Shown here in pieces: positions 32,359 to 41,324 of a stretch of 64,000 nucleotides of DNA. The stretch covers positions 316-64,315 of the forward strand of contig CAZLMM010000024.1 of assembly GCA_964560495.1 (NCBI GenBank), written 5' to 3'. The notes below the pieces were generated by a model. The model was given only the letters and a program-made list of their open reading frames with translations, was not told the origin of the DNA and searched no databases. Each line of letters opens with the position of its first letter. Position 1 is the stretch's first letter. The DNA is from an uncultured Caldilineaceae bacterium (GTDB lineage Bacteria > Chloroflexota > Anaerolineae > Caldilineales > Caldilineaceae). The translations under genes and the position numbers were made by a program.

Positions 32359-32431
32359 CGTAGGAGCTTGAACGGCGGCGAAGTCCTCATTCTGTAACAG
32401 CGAGGCTTTGCCGCCGCCCTTCAAGCCCGTA
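32359..32431. repeat. interspersed palindromic element, copy C (diverged)
   Basis: gtaggagcttgaacggcggcg ... tgccgccgcccttcaagcccgtac. Same arm sequences with a different loop. Confidence 0.7.
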
Positions 32432-32539
32432 CAGCAAACTAACTTTGAACACACCAATTTGAATAGATGCCCGCGGATCAATAGAGAATCTGCGCAGATC
32501 CGCCCGATCCTGTATCGGTCAAGATGATGGAAAAACGTC

Positions 32540-32560
32540 GGTGCGGTTACGAACCGCACC
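32540..32560 (+). other. 9-bp stem hairpin of the GTGCGRTT-NNN-AAYCGCAC-CTACG family
   Basis: ggtgcggtt acg aaccgcacc followed by tacgaatttc. Confidence 0.7.
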
Positions 32561-32630
32561 TACGAATTTCACGATGTTCTTGACCAGAACAAAATCCGCC
32601 CAATCCGCGTTATCTGCGTTTTTTTAGTTT

Positions 32631-34034
32631 GTGAAAGGAATGATCTTCATGACCGCGATTCACCCTGAACTCCAGGCTGCCTTCGACTGGATCGATGCGC
32701 ATCGCGCCGAGGCCATTGCCGACCTACAACGTCTGGTGCAGCAGAAGAGCGTCAGCGCACAGAACATTGGGTTGGAGGAGTGCGCCAGCCTGGTGGTTGA
32801 GATGATGCACGCGGATAGTCTTGACGCTGCGGCCTATCCACTGGATGGCGGCCCGCCCTGCATCATCGGCCACATGCCTAGCCGCTCCAACAGCAAGACG
32901 TTGCTTGCCTATGCCCACTATGACGTTCAGCCCGAAGACCCGGTGGACAAGTGGAGTTACCCACCCTATGGCGGCGTGATCGACAAGGGGCGGCTTTGGG
33001 GGCGCGGCGCAACGGACAACAAATCGGGCGTGTTGGCCTTCACCAAAGGCGCAAAAGCCTGGCTGCAGACGCGGGGCAGTCTGCCGGTCGGCGTCAAGTT
33101 CATCATCGAGGGCGAAGAGGAGATTGGTTCGATTCACCTCGGCCCTTTCATCGCAGCCAACCCGGAACTGGTACGCGCTGACGCCATGCACTGTCTGGAC
33201 GGCGGCGTCGATCCCAGTTCCATGGTTCCAGATATCGATCTCGGCCTGAAGAGTGTGCTCTTCGTGGAACTGGTGGCGCACGGCGCCAACGCCGACATTC
33301 ACAGCCTCAACGCGCCGCTGTTGCCGTCGCCTGCGTGGGATCTGGTGCGAGCGCTCAACAGCCTGATGGACGCCAACCGACGCATCTTGATCGACGGCTG
33401 GTATGAGGGGCTGTGGCAGTTGGGCGACGAGGAGATGGAGCAATTGGCGGCCAACGCGGCGCGGCTGGACCTGAACAAGCTCAAGGCGGAGTGGGGCATC
33501 GACCAGTTCGCCCTGGGCCGCGATGGGGTGGATGCCCTGCGGGCGCGCGCCTACGAGCCGACCTGTAACATCGCCGGGCTAACCGCTGGCTACCAGGGGC
33601 CGGGCAGCAAGACCATCGTTCCCAATGAGGCGCGCGCCAAACTGGACATGCGCCTGCCGCCGCTGATCGACCCGGTCAAGGCCATTGAAAAGCTCAAGCG
33701 CCATCTTGAAAAACACGGTTTTGGGCGCATCGAGGTGGTCATCCGCGGCGGGACGCCCGAGCCGCCCTACAAGATCAGCGTCAAGGAGGAGATCAGCCAA
33801 GCCATCATCCGCGCCGCCGAGCTGGTCTTCGGCGCGCCGCCGGTCATCAACGGCGTCAGCGCCGAAGGGACGATCCTCAAGCATGTGTGGATGCCGACGG
33901 TGCTCACCGGCTTTGCCCAGCCGGACTGTAATCTGCATGCGCCCGACGAGAGCATCGACCTGGAGCATTTCATCAAGGGAGTGAAGTACGCCGCCGCCAT
34001 CATGTGGGAGTATGGGCGCGAGGTCTCGAAATGA
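32631..34034 (+). CDS. M20 family dipeptidase/deacylase
   Basis: Motifs 'YAHYDVQP', 'GRGATDNKSG' and 'EGEEEIGS'. Start is ambiguous: GTG 32631, ATG 32640 or ATG 32649. Confidence 0.85.
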   Translation: MKGMIFMTAIHPELQAAFDWIDAHRAEAIADLQRLVQQKSVSAQNIGLEECASLVVEMMHADSLDAAAYPLDGGPPCIIGHMPSRSNSKTLLAYAHYDVQPEDPVDKWSYPPYGGVIDKGRLWGRGATDNKSGVLAFTKGAKAWLQTRGSLPVGVKFIIEGEEEIGSIHLGPFIAANPELVRADAMHCLDGGVDPSSMVPDIDLGLKSVLFVELVAHGANADIHSLNAPLLPSPAWDLVRALNSLMDANRRILIDGWYEGLWQLGDEEMEQLAANAARLDLNKLKAEWGIDQFALGRDGVDALRARAYEPTCNIAGLTAGYQGPGSKTIVPNEARAKLDMRLPPLIDPVKAIEKLKRHLEKHGFGRIEVVIRGGTPEPPYKISVKEEISQAIIRAAELVFGAPPVINGVSAEGTILKHVWMPTVLTGFAQPDCNLHAPDESIDLEHFIKGVKYAAAIMWEYGREVSK

Positions 34035-34129
34035 ATGACATCCACCAGGGGATCAAATTCGCAGCGATGATTTTTCAGGAGTTTGCAGAGCGAATCATGA
34101 ACGATTCACCACAATTCTGAGTTGCTGCC

Positions 34130-35512
34130 TCACGAACGCAGTGGTTGAATGAAACGCCCGCTGCCCGGTTCGGCCACGATCTGGCCAGCGTCGAACACCA
34201 CTTGTCCGTTGACAAGGGTTGTGCGCACAACGCCGCGCTGGCTGCGACCGTGATAGAGGCGAGCGATCTCTTTGGCCTTGGTGAACCAACGATTGGCGTC
34301 GATGACGCCGTGTGGCCGCGGGTCATAGATCGTCAGATCGGCGATAGCGCCCACCCGCAGCACGCCCCTCTCTGGGAAAAGGCCAAAGAGCTGCGCCGGC
34401 TGTGTGGAGAGCAAGCGCACTGCCATATCGAGGGAGAATCGTTCTGTCAATGCTTCGGTCATCACGCTGGGCAGGAGCGCCTCTACGCCCGGCGCGCCGA
34501 TGGCGCCCTGCCAGATGTCAGCGACGCCTCGTTCCTTTTCGGCAAGGGTGAAGGGGCTGTGGTCGGTGGTGATGGCGCGTAGCGACCCATCCATCAGACC
34601 GGCCCACAGGGCTGCCTGGTCGGTCTCGCTGCGCAGCGGCGGCTTGATCATGGCAAAAGGTCCCAGGCGATCCATGTCCGGCGCTGTGAAGTATAGATAG
34701 TGTGGGCAGGTTTCACCGGTCATGGGCAGCCCAGCGGCTTGCGCTCCTTGTAGAGTCTGAAGCGCAGCCGCGCAGGAGACATGGGCAATATGCACGTGAG
34801 TCCTGACTGCCGTACACATGACCGCCAACTGGGCCACGCTCATTGCCTCCACCACCGGGGGGCGGCTGGCAACAAAGGCCGCGGGATCAGTGCGCCCCGT
34901 TGCTTTGATGCGCCCCTCGAAGAGTTGGATCAGCCGCTCGTTTTCGGCATGACATGAAAGCAGCCGACCGGTCTCTTTGACCAGTTCCAACGCACGGTAA
35001 ATCTCGTCCTCTTGGTCAAGGCAAAGCCCTAAGAATTCGTCTTCGCGCCCTTTTTGGATGGCATGGGTGAAAATCTTGAAACCGCACGCCCCGGCGTCGG
35101 CCATGCCCAACACTTCGTCCCGGTCCAACAGACCCGGCGCGCCATAGAGACCGAAGTTGACATAGCTTTCCTTGCGTCCCAATGCCTTACGCATCTCGAA
35201 GACGTCGACGCGCGCACAGCAGGGCACGCTGATGGGCATTTCCAACACGGTGGTGACGCCGCCGGCCGCGGCCGCCTGGGTTTCGGTAATGAAGGTGCCG
35301 CGCTCGGGGTGGCCGGGCGCGCGCACATGGAAGTGAATGTCTATGACACCCGGCATGACCAGACAGCCTTCTGCGTTTAGCTCGCGACGGGCTGCGGGCA
35401 ATGCGCCGGGCTGTGCGATCACGGCGATGCGATCTCCCTCGACGCCCAGGTCAGCCGGGAGCTGACCCTGTTCCGTGATCAATACGCCGCCTTCGATGGC
35501 CAGATCTAGCAT
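34130..35512 (-). CDS. cyclic amidohydrolase (dihydroorotase/allantoinase/hydantoinase family)
   Basis: ORF 34130..35662 trimmed to ATG 35512 ('MLDLAIEGG'). HxH metal motif 'DIHFHV'; about 460 aa. Confidence 0.8.
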   Translation of the reverse strand: MLDLAIEGGVLITEQGQLPADLGVEGDRIAVIAQPGALPAARRELNAEGCLVMPGVIDIHFHVRAPGHPERGTFITETQAAAAGGVTTVLEMPISVPCCARVDVFEMRKALGRKESYVNFGLYGAPGLLDRDEVLGMADAGACGFKIFTHAIQKGREDEFLGLCLDQEDEIYRALELVKETGRLLSCHAENERLIQLFEGRIKATGRTDPAAFVASRPPVVEAMSVAQLAVMCTAVRTHVHIAHVSCAAALQTLQGAQAAGLPMTGETCPHYLYFTAPDMDRLGPFAMIKPPLRSETDQAALWAGLMDGSLRAITTDHSPFTLAEKERGVADIWQGAIGAPGVEALLPSVMTEALTERFSLDMAVRLLSTQPAQLFGLFPERGVLRVGAIADLTIYDPRPHGVIDANRWFTKAKEIARLYHGRSQRGVVRTTLVNGQVVFDAGQIVAEPGSGRFIQPLRS

Positions 35513-35525
35513 GAGTCGTAAACCC

Positions 35526-36689
35526 TCACAACAGCGCCTCCTCTGCAAAGCGCGCGAGGATGCACCGGGTCGTTTCCAGTTCTTCGATGACCACATATTC
35601 ATCCGCCGCGTGGGCGACCTCGTAGCTACCCGGGCCAAAGACCACCATTCCTTCCCTGGCAACGTTGGTCAGGTGCTTGGCGTCGCTGCCGGGCAGATAG
35701 CCGACAGGTTCAGGCGGCGCGCCGGTTTCGTCTGCGCAGAGGCGGACGAAACGCCGAAACAGCGCGCTTTCGACGTCGTTCTGAAACCAGTTGCTGATCA
35801 GGAAATCGCCCACGCGATAGGTGCGCTCCGGGTCAGCCGCCTGGCGCGCTGCGACGATCTCTTGCAGCTCCGCAATGACCGCTTGTGGGTCTTCGCCGGG
35901 CAGCATGCGCCGGTCCACGTAAATCGTGCACGCGTCGGCCACCACATTGACGCCCACCCCGCCGCTGATGACGCCCACATTGATGCTGGCCGGCCCAAGG
36001 AGTGGATGGGGGCGACGCTCCAGAACCTCAGACTGATAGCGTTCCAGGTCGAGAATCAGCCGCGCCATGCCATTGATGGCGTTGCGCCCGCGCCAGGGAT
36101 TGGTGGCGTGGGCGGTGCAACCTGCCACATGAAAGGCAGCGCGCAACACGCCCTTGTGCGCCGTCGCTGCCCGGTTGTGGGTCTGTTCGCCGACGACGAC
36201 AAAGTCGCACGCTGGGACGTAGCCGTTCTCCACCAGCCACTTCGTCCCCAACTGGCCGCCCACTTCTTCTTCTGCAGCGCAGACCACCACCAGGCGACCC
36301 TTGAGCCTGTCAGACTGCGCGCCGATTGCTGCGGCAGCGTGCAGCATGGCGGCTAGAGGCGCTTTGTCATCCACGCTGCCCAGGCCATAGACTTTCCCAT
36401 CGACCAAAGCGCCGGCAAAAGGATCGACGCTCCAGCGCGCATTCTGGCCCAGGGGCACGGTGTCGATGTGGGCGTGATAGAGCAGGGATAGCGAGTCTGC
36501 TTCACCCAACACACCGACGACGCTCCAGGCGCGATCATCGGGCGCAACCAGCGTGGTCGTAAAGCCGGCCCGCTGTAAGTAGTCGGCGCAGAACCCGGCA
36601 ATCGCGCGACAGTCGCCGGGCGGATTGGGAGAAGGGATACGGATCAGTTGCTGAAGCAACGCGACCAGTTCGTTGGCGGACAGGCTCAT
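35526..36689 (-). CDS. M20 family deacylase (ArgE/DapE/carbamoylase-like)
   Basis: ORF 35526..36953 trimmed to ATG 36689 ('MSLSANELVALL'), giving an ATGA overlap with the upstream gene. Motifs 'YHAHIDTVP', 'GLGSVDDKAP' and 'AAEEEVGG'. Confidence 0.8.
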   Translation of the reverse strand: MSLSANELVALLQQLIRIPSPNPPGDCRAIAGFCADYLQRAGFTTTLVAPDDRAWSVVGVLGEADSLSLLYHAHIDTVPLGQNARWSVDPFAGALVDGKVYGLGSVDDKAPLAAMLHAAAAIGAQSDRLKGRLVVVCAAEEEVGGQLGTKWLVENGYVPACDFVVVGEQTHNRAATAHKGVLRAAFHVAGCTAHATNPWRGRNAINGMARLILDLERYQSEVLERRPHPLLGPASINVGVISGGVGVNVVADACTIYVDRRMLPGEDPQAVIAELQEIVAARQAADPERTYRVGDFLISNWFQNDVESALFRRFVRLCADETGAPPEPVGYLPGSDAKHLTNVAREGMVVFGPGSYEVAHAADEYVVIEELETTRCILARFAEEALL

Positions 36690-37687
36690 GATGGGATCAG
36701 GTTGTCCACTGTTTGTTCGATGACGCCGAAGAAGCAGCACCACTGTCCCTCGATCACCGATGGTCGCGAGCGCAATCCAAAGACGACACCGTCGCGCGGG
36801 GCGGTCAATTCGGCCAACACATCGCCATAGAGATTGTAAATGACGCCCAGTGGCGTTCCCTGGGCGACAGGAGTCTCGAAGGGCAGGTCGCGATTGCCCA
36901 CAAAGATGCCCGTCGCCGGCGCCAAAAGCGCAATCTGATAGCCCTGCCGCCACGCCGGCGCATAGGCAGGCGTTCCTTCGATCATCTTATAGTGGCGCAT
37001 GACATTGAGGTAGCTGGCGGCCAGGTCCTCGGCCACAACATGGAAATCGCCTGTCAGCGAGCGGCAGTTGCCGCCCAGTTCCACTGTAATGCCGCCCTTG
37101 CCCAGAGACGCTATTATGGAGCTGGGGTTGCCGCCGCCCACTGGGGAACGAAAGACCAGGGACCACTGGGGCCCCATGGCCGCAGCCAATTCCAGGCTGA
37201 CCGGGTTGTCCGACGCAAAGATCATGTGCGCCAGGTAGGAATGTTCGCCGCCCGAATGGACAGCGATTTGCAGGTCGCAGTTCTCTTTCATAGCCAGCCA
37301 GTGAGCATAGGCGATGCGTTCGGTGGGATAGCCTTCGGCCTTGCCGGGATAGATGCGGTTCATATCATAGCTGAAGGTGTCCAGCGGGTCGCCGCGCGTG
37401 CCGGCCGTGAAAGCGTTCACGTTCATGGCGGGCACTGCCACGATTGTTCCGCGTAGGCGTTGCGGGTCGATCTGCTTGAGCGCCAGAAAGATCGAAAAAG
37501 CGCCTTCCGGCTCATCGCCGTGGGTGGCGCCGTTGATCCAGAGCCGCGGCCCTTCTTCCACCCCCCGTGCAACGATAATGGGCATGGCGTAGGGGCGCCC
37601 GGCCATATCAACGCCCGCCTGAATGACGCCCCGTTTCATCTCGCCCGGCATGACCGTCGTCACACCAATTGTCATTGCTTCTGTCAT
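36686..37687 (-). CDS. succinylglutamate desuccinylase/aspartoacylase family deacylase
   Basis: 333-aa ORF with zinc-site-like 'NGATHGDEPEG'. Family assignment is from recall. Confidence 0.75.
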   Translation of the reverse strand: MTEAMTIGVTTVMPGEMKRGVIQAGVDMAGRPYAMPIIVARGVEEGPRLWINGATHGDEPEGAFSIFLALKQIDPQRLRGTIVAVPAMNVNAFTAGTRGDPLDTFSYDMNRIYPGKAEGYPTERIAYAHWLAMKENCDLQIAVHSGGEHSYLAHMIFASDNPVSLELAAAMGPQWSLVFRSPVGGGNPSSIIASLGKGGITVELGGNCRSLTGDFHVVAEDLAASYLNVMRHYKMIEGTPAYAPAWRQGYQIALLAPATGIFVGNRDLPFETPVAQGTPLGVIYNLYGDVLAELTAPRDGVVFGLRSRPSVIEGQWCCFFGVIEQTVDNLIPS

Positions 37688-37696
37688 AGTTGCTCC

Positions 37697-38890
37697 CTAT
37701 CGATGTCGCGCCAGCACGCCAGCCATCCGTTCCAGCGCCAACGCCAGTTGATCCTCTGGCTGCAATACGCTGATGCGCAGCCAATCCACCCACTTTTCGC
37801 CAAAGGCGGTGCCCGGAAAGATGAGCACGTGCCCCTCTTTGAGAAGGAGATAAGCCAGCTCAAAGGCAGGAATGCCGCTGGAAGCAGCGTTGGTGTAGAC
37901 AAAGAATGCACCCTGCGGCTCGCCATAGGTGAAGCCCAGATCGGTCAGTCCGCTCTTCATCAGCGCAATGCGACGCCGGTAGATTTCCCGATACTCAGCC
38001 ACCACGTCCTGCGGACCGGTTGCCGCGGCCAGGGCTGCGTACTGGCTCACAGCCGACAGGGGGCCGGTCGTGGCAGCTTTCACCGCTGTCATTGCCGCAA
38101 TGAAGTCCGCCGGCGCGGCCGCATAGCCAACGCGCCAGCCGGTCATGGCGTAGGTCTTGGAAAAACCGCCCAACGTAACTGTGCGCTCAAACATCCCCGG
38201 CAAACTGGCGAAGCTCAATTGCTCGGCAGGGGGATAGATGTATTTCTCGTAGATTTCATCGCTGATGACGATCAAGTTATGGCGCTGTGCGATCTCGGCA
38301 ATTGCTCGCAGATTGGCCGGACTGACCACCGCCGAGGTGGGGTTGCTGGGCGAGATGAGCAGGATGGCCTTGGTCTTGGGCGTGATGGCCGCCTCCACCT
38401 CTGCGGGCCGCAAGTCGAAGTTGTCTTCCGGGTAGGTGGGCACAAGCGTCATCTTGGCCCCGGCCTGATGGATCGCCTCGTCGTAGCTCGTGTAGCGCGG
38501 GTCAGGCGCCAGGATTTCGTCGCCCGGGTCGAGAAGCGTCTGCATGAGCAGGTAGAGCGCCTCCTGCCCGCCATCGGTGATCAGAACATCGTCGCGTGTC
38601 AGCGGGATGTTGTTCTGGTCGTGCAGGTTGGCCGCCACTGCTTCGCGCAGAGCTGGCAGGCCAGCCGTAGGAACGGGCAGATCAGCCCGTCCATCCAGTA
38701 TGGCCGCGCGAGCTGCAGCAATGACATGTTCTGGCGTGTTGAGGTCTGGGTCGCCGCGGCCCAGAGTAATCGCGTCGGGAATTTGCCCCGCCAGTTCCAT
38801 GAGAGCATAGCGCAGTTTGACGCCGTCAGCGGCGACTGCGCGCAGTTCGTCTGGCGTCACAATCTGACCTGGTGCGACTTTCTGGCTCAT
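37697..38890 (-). CDS. class I/II pyridoxal-phosphate aminotransferase
   Basis: Motifs 'SPSNPT', 'SDEIYEK' and PLP-lysine 'GGFSKTYAMTGWRVGY'. Confidence 0.85.
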   Translation of the reverse strand: MSQKVAPGQIVTPDELRAVAADGVKLRYALMELAGQIPDAITLGRGDPDLNTPEHVIAAARAAILDGRADLPVPTAGLPALREAVAANLHDQNNIPLTRDDVLITDGGQEALYLLMQTLLDPGDEILAPDPRYTSYDEAIHQAGAKMTLVPTYPEDNFDLRPAEVEAAITPKTKAILLISPSNPTSAVVSPANLRAIAEIAQRHNLIVISDEIYEKYIYPPAEQLSFASLPGMFERTVTLGGFSKTYAMTGWRVGYAAAPADFIAAMTAVKAATTGPLSAVSQYAALAAATGPQDVVAEYREIYRRRIALMKSGLTDLGFTYGEPQGAFFVYTNAASSGIPAFELAYLLLKEGHVLIFPGTAFGEKWVDWLRISVLQPEDQLALALERMAGVLARHR

Positions 38891-38893
38891 TCA

Positions 38894-39982
38894 CTAACGT
38901 CCTTTCACCTGGCGCAGCCCAACCTCGAGCGCCTCCAGCGCATCGGCCAGCGAGCCGGAAGGCGCGGCAATGCGGAGCATGCCGGGCTGGCCGAGCAACG
39001 CGCCGTCGCCCACCAGGACGCCGGCAGAGCGGCACGCACCAGCCGCAGCGCTGCTGTCACCCACCTTGGCCGCAACGAAGGCCACCGTGTCCGGTTCCAG
39101 GTAAGCGATCTCAAGGCGGTCGAGGAGCGCAAGGATCGCTTCCATACGCTCGGCGTATTGGGCTTCGATCTCGCCTTCATCCACTTCGACGGCAGCCGCC
39201 AACGCCGCATACTGGCTGGCAGCCGCTGTGCAGATGGTGATGGATTGCTTGAGATCGCGCACCGGCGTAAAGACGCGCTTTGCGCCGGCGACCCAACTGA
39301 CGCGCCACGCCCCCAAGCCCGGCGCCTCGGCAAAGCTGCCGATAGTCAGTGTGCGCTCCGCCATCCCCGGCAGCGATGCAAACCGCACGAAGGGCGCCTC
39401 CGGCCGCACAGGGCCGACGCTCTCGTCTGCGATGACGGCAAGACCCGCGGCGGCAACCCACTCAGCCAGACGCTGCAAAAGCCCTGGCTGATAAACCTGA
39501 CCCGTTAGCGGGTGTGGATTGCTCACGATCAGCAGACCGCCGTGGATCTGCGGCAGTTCGCCCGCCAGATCGAGCACGTGTACGCGCGCGTTGGCGAACT
39601 CCAACCCGGCGCGATAGACCGTGGGCGCCGGCGCCGGCAGATAGACGTCCTGCCCAGCAGCCAGGCCGCGCACGGCTACATAACGCGCCTCGGCCACTCC
39701 GCCGCAGATGGTCGCCAGATTCTCGTCCATCGCCGCCCCAGCCGCAGTCAGGGATGACGCCACCGCACGGCAGAGCGGCGCGATGCCTGGGCGTCGCGTG
39801 TAATGGTCGCACAGGTGGCGTTCGATGGCGTCGATGGTTGACTCGCGCAGCGCGGGCGAGGTGCTGCTGGCAAGAAACTCTTCGCTCAGGTCGATCACAT
39901 CATCGTGCACCGGCGGTGGGACAGGCAGACTACGAGCGCGCTGCGCCGCCATGCCGCCGAGAATGGAAGAACCCATGGTCAT
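38894..39982 (-). CDS. aminotransferase-fold paralogue lacking the PLP-binding lysine (predicted non-catalytic or repurposed)
   Basis: 362-aa ORF collinear with class-I aminotransferases ('SNPHPLTG', 'ADESVG', 'GAWRVSW'). The position of the S-x-S-K lysine reads 'GSFAEAPGLGAWRV', with Glu codon gag at 39326..39328. Confidence 0.7.
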   Translation of the reverse strand: MTMGSSILGGMAAQRARSLPVPPPVHDDVIDLSEEFLASSTSPALRESTIDAIERHLCDHYTRRPGIAPLCRAVASSLTAAGAAMDENLATICGGVAEARYVAVRGLAAGQDVYLPAPAPTVYRAGLEFANARVHVLDLAGELPQIHGGLLIVSNPHPLTGQVYQPGLLQRLAEWVAAAGLAVIADESVGPVRPEAPFVRFASLPGMAERTLTIGSFAEAPGLGAWRVSWVAGAKRVFTPVRDLKQSITICTAAASQYAALAAAVEVDEGEIEAQYAERMEAILALLDRLEIAYLEPDTVAFVAAKVGDSSAAAGACRSAGVLVGDGALLGQPGMLRIAAPSGSLADALEALEVGLRQVKGR

Positions 39983-40437
39983 ACGCCCTGCGGTCGGTCG
40001 CCGCTTTCGCCTTCCTTGTAGACCTGCATGAACTCGATCTCGATACCGCTGACTTCATCCTGCAAGAAGGCCACCCAACCTTCGGGGTGGACGTGGCTGC
40101 CCGTCACCTTGCAGGCGGAGCACTCTTTGAGCGTGGCGCCATTTGCCTGAGCTTCCGTCAGCGCGGCGTCAATATCTTCCACTGCAAAGCAAATGTGGTG
40201 CAGTCCCTCATGGCCGCGCTGGGCGATCCATGAGGCGAAGCGGCCATCTGCATCCATGGATTGCGTCACCTGAAATTCCACGCCGCCCAGGTCGAAGACT
40301 GCGGCGCGATTGCGACTCTTGTTGAAGTCCTTGACCTGGACGCTTTCCGGCGCGCCCAATAGCCGCTTATAGGCGGCCAACGACGCATCCACGTCGCGCA
40401 CAGCAAAAGTCATGTGTTTGATCTGGGTTACTTTCAT
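39979..40437 (-). CDS. VOC/glyoxalase-fold protein (methylmalonyl-CoA epimerase-like)
   Basis: 152-aa ORF with 'HMTFAVRDVD' and 'GLHHICFAVEDID', the paired beta-alpha-beta-beta-beta module signatures. 4-nt overlaps with both neighbouring genes. Confidence 0.7.
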   Translation of the reverse strand: MKVTQIKHMTFAVRDVDASLAAYKRLLGAPESVQVKDFNKSRNRAAVFDLGGVEFQVTQSMDADGRFASWIAQRGHEGLHHICFAVEDIDAALTEAQANGATLKECSACKVTGSHVHPEGWVAFLQDEVSGIEIEFMQVYKEGESGDRPQGV

Positions 40438-41258
40438 GTGACCATCCTTCTGCTCATTTCATCTACGTAAAGCGTCACTTTATGGGGCGCAAACTCGAAA
40501 TCGTACCCTTCCGCAGCGATCGTATCTGCCACTGGGCCGGCGTCGAAGCGCAGACCCGAAAAGCGGCTGGGCGGCTGCAACGCCAGCCAGACGAAGGCCG
40601 ACGCCAACGTGAGCGGATCGGTCCAGCGGGCGCGCTCTGCGTCGCTCAACCCGTTCTCGTCGGCCCGGCGGATGGACGTGGGCTTGATGGGCTTACCCGG
40701 CCCCATGGTGTTGACGGCGATGTTGTGCGCTGCCGCTTCCAGCGCCAGCGCCTTGGTGAAGCCTTCGACGCCATGTTTGGCTGCACAATACGAGACTTCA
40801 TTGACAAAGCCGCGCATGCTGGATCCGCTGGCGATGGCCACGCAATGGCCGCCGCCTTGACGCACCATGTGCGGCCATGCGGCCCACACTCCGTGATAGA
40901 CGCCTGTCAGGTTGACAGCGATCATCTTGCTCCAGAAATCCGGCGTGTGTTGGGCGAAGGGGACGAGCGGCATGATCGCTGCATTGTTGACCACCATGTC
41001 CAGCCGTCCCCATTGGGCTGTGATGGCGGCCGCAGCGTTTTGCATCGCCTGAGCGTCGCTCACGTCGACGACCAGGCTCAGGACTGGGCCGCCGTCGCTG
41101 CGAATTTCGTCCCCGGTCAAAGCCAGCTCGTGCGCGTCGATATCCGTGATGCAGACGCGCGCTCCGGCGCGGGCCAGCCCGCGAGCGATGCCTGCGCCAA
41201 AGCCCCGTCCCGCTCCGGTGACCCACACCACTCGATTTTCCAGCAGGTTCGTCGCCAT
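40434..41258 (-). CDS. SDR family oxidoreductase
   Basis: TGxxxGxG motif 'VTGAGRGFGAGIA', 'NNAA', and catalytic YxxxK in 'YCAAK'. Confidence 0.85.
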   Translation of the reverse strand: MATNLLENRVVWVTGAGRGFGAGIARGLARAGARVCITDIDAHELALTGDEIRSDGGPVLSLVVDVSDAQAMQNAAAAITAQWGRLDMVVNNAAIMPLVPFAQHTPDFWSKMIAVNLTGVYHGVWAAWPHMVRQGGGHCVAIASGSSMRGFVNEVSYCAAKHGVEGFTKALALEAAAHNIAVNTMGPGKPIKPTSIRRADENGLSDAERARWTDPLTLASAFVWLALQPPSRFSGLRFDAGPVADTIAAEGYDFEFAPHKVTLYVDEMSRRMVT

Positions 41259-41275
41259 AGAGAGGGCCGAGAGAG

Positions 41276-41315
41276 ACAGGATGAACAGGACCTAGGGGCA
41301 TCCTGTTCATCCTGT
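41276..41315 (-). other. intercistronic hairpin built from CAGGAT units (15-bp perfect stem)
   Basis: acaggatgaacagga (41276..41290) pairs with tcctgttcatcctgt (41301..41315), with a 10-nt loop. Confidence 0.8.
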
Positions 41316-41324
41316 TAAGGCTTC

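Noticed and set aside
37460-39508. 682-aa plus-strand ORF opposite the deacylase and aminotransferase genes
   Set aside because: It is antisense to three motif-bearing, translationally coupled genes and has shadow-ORF composition.
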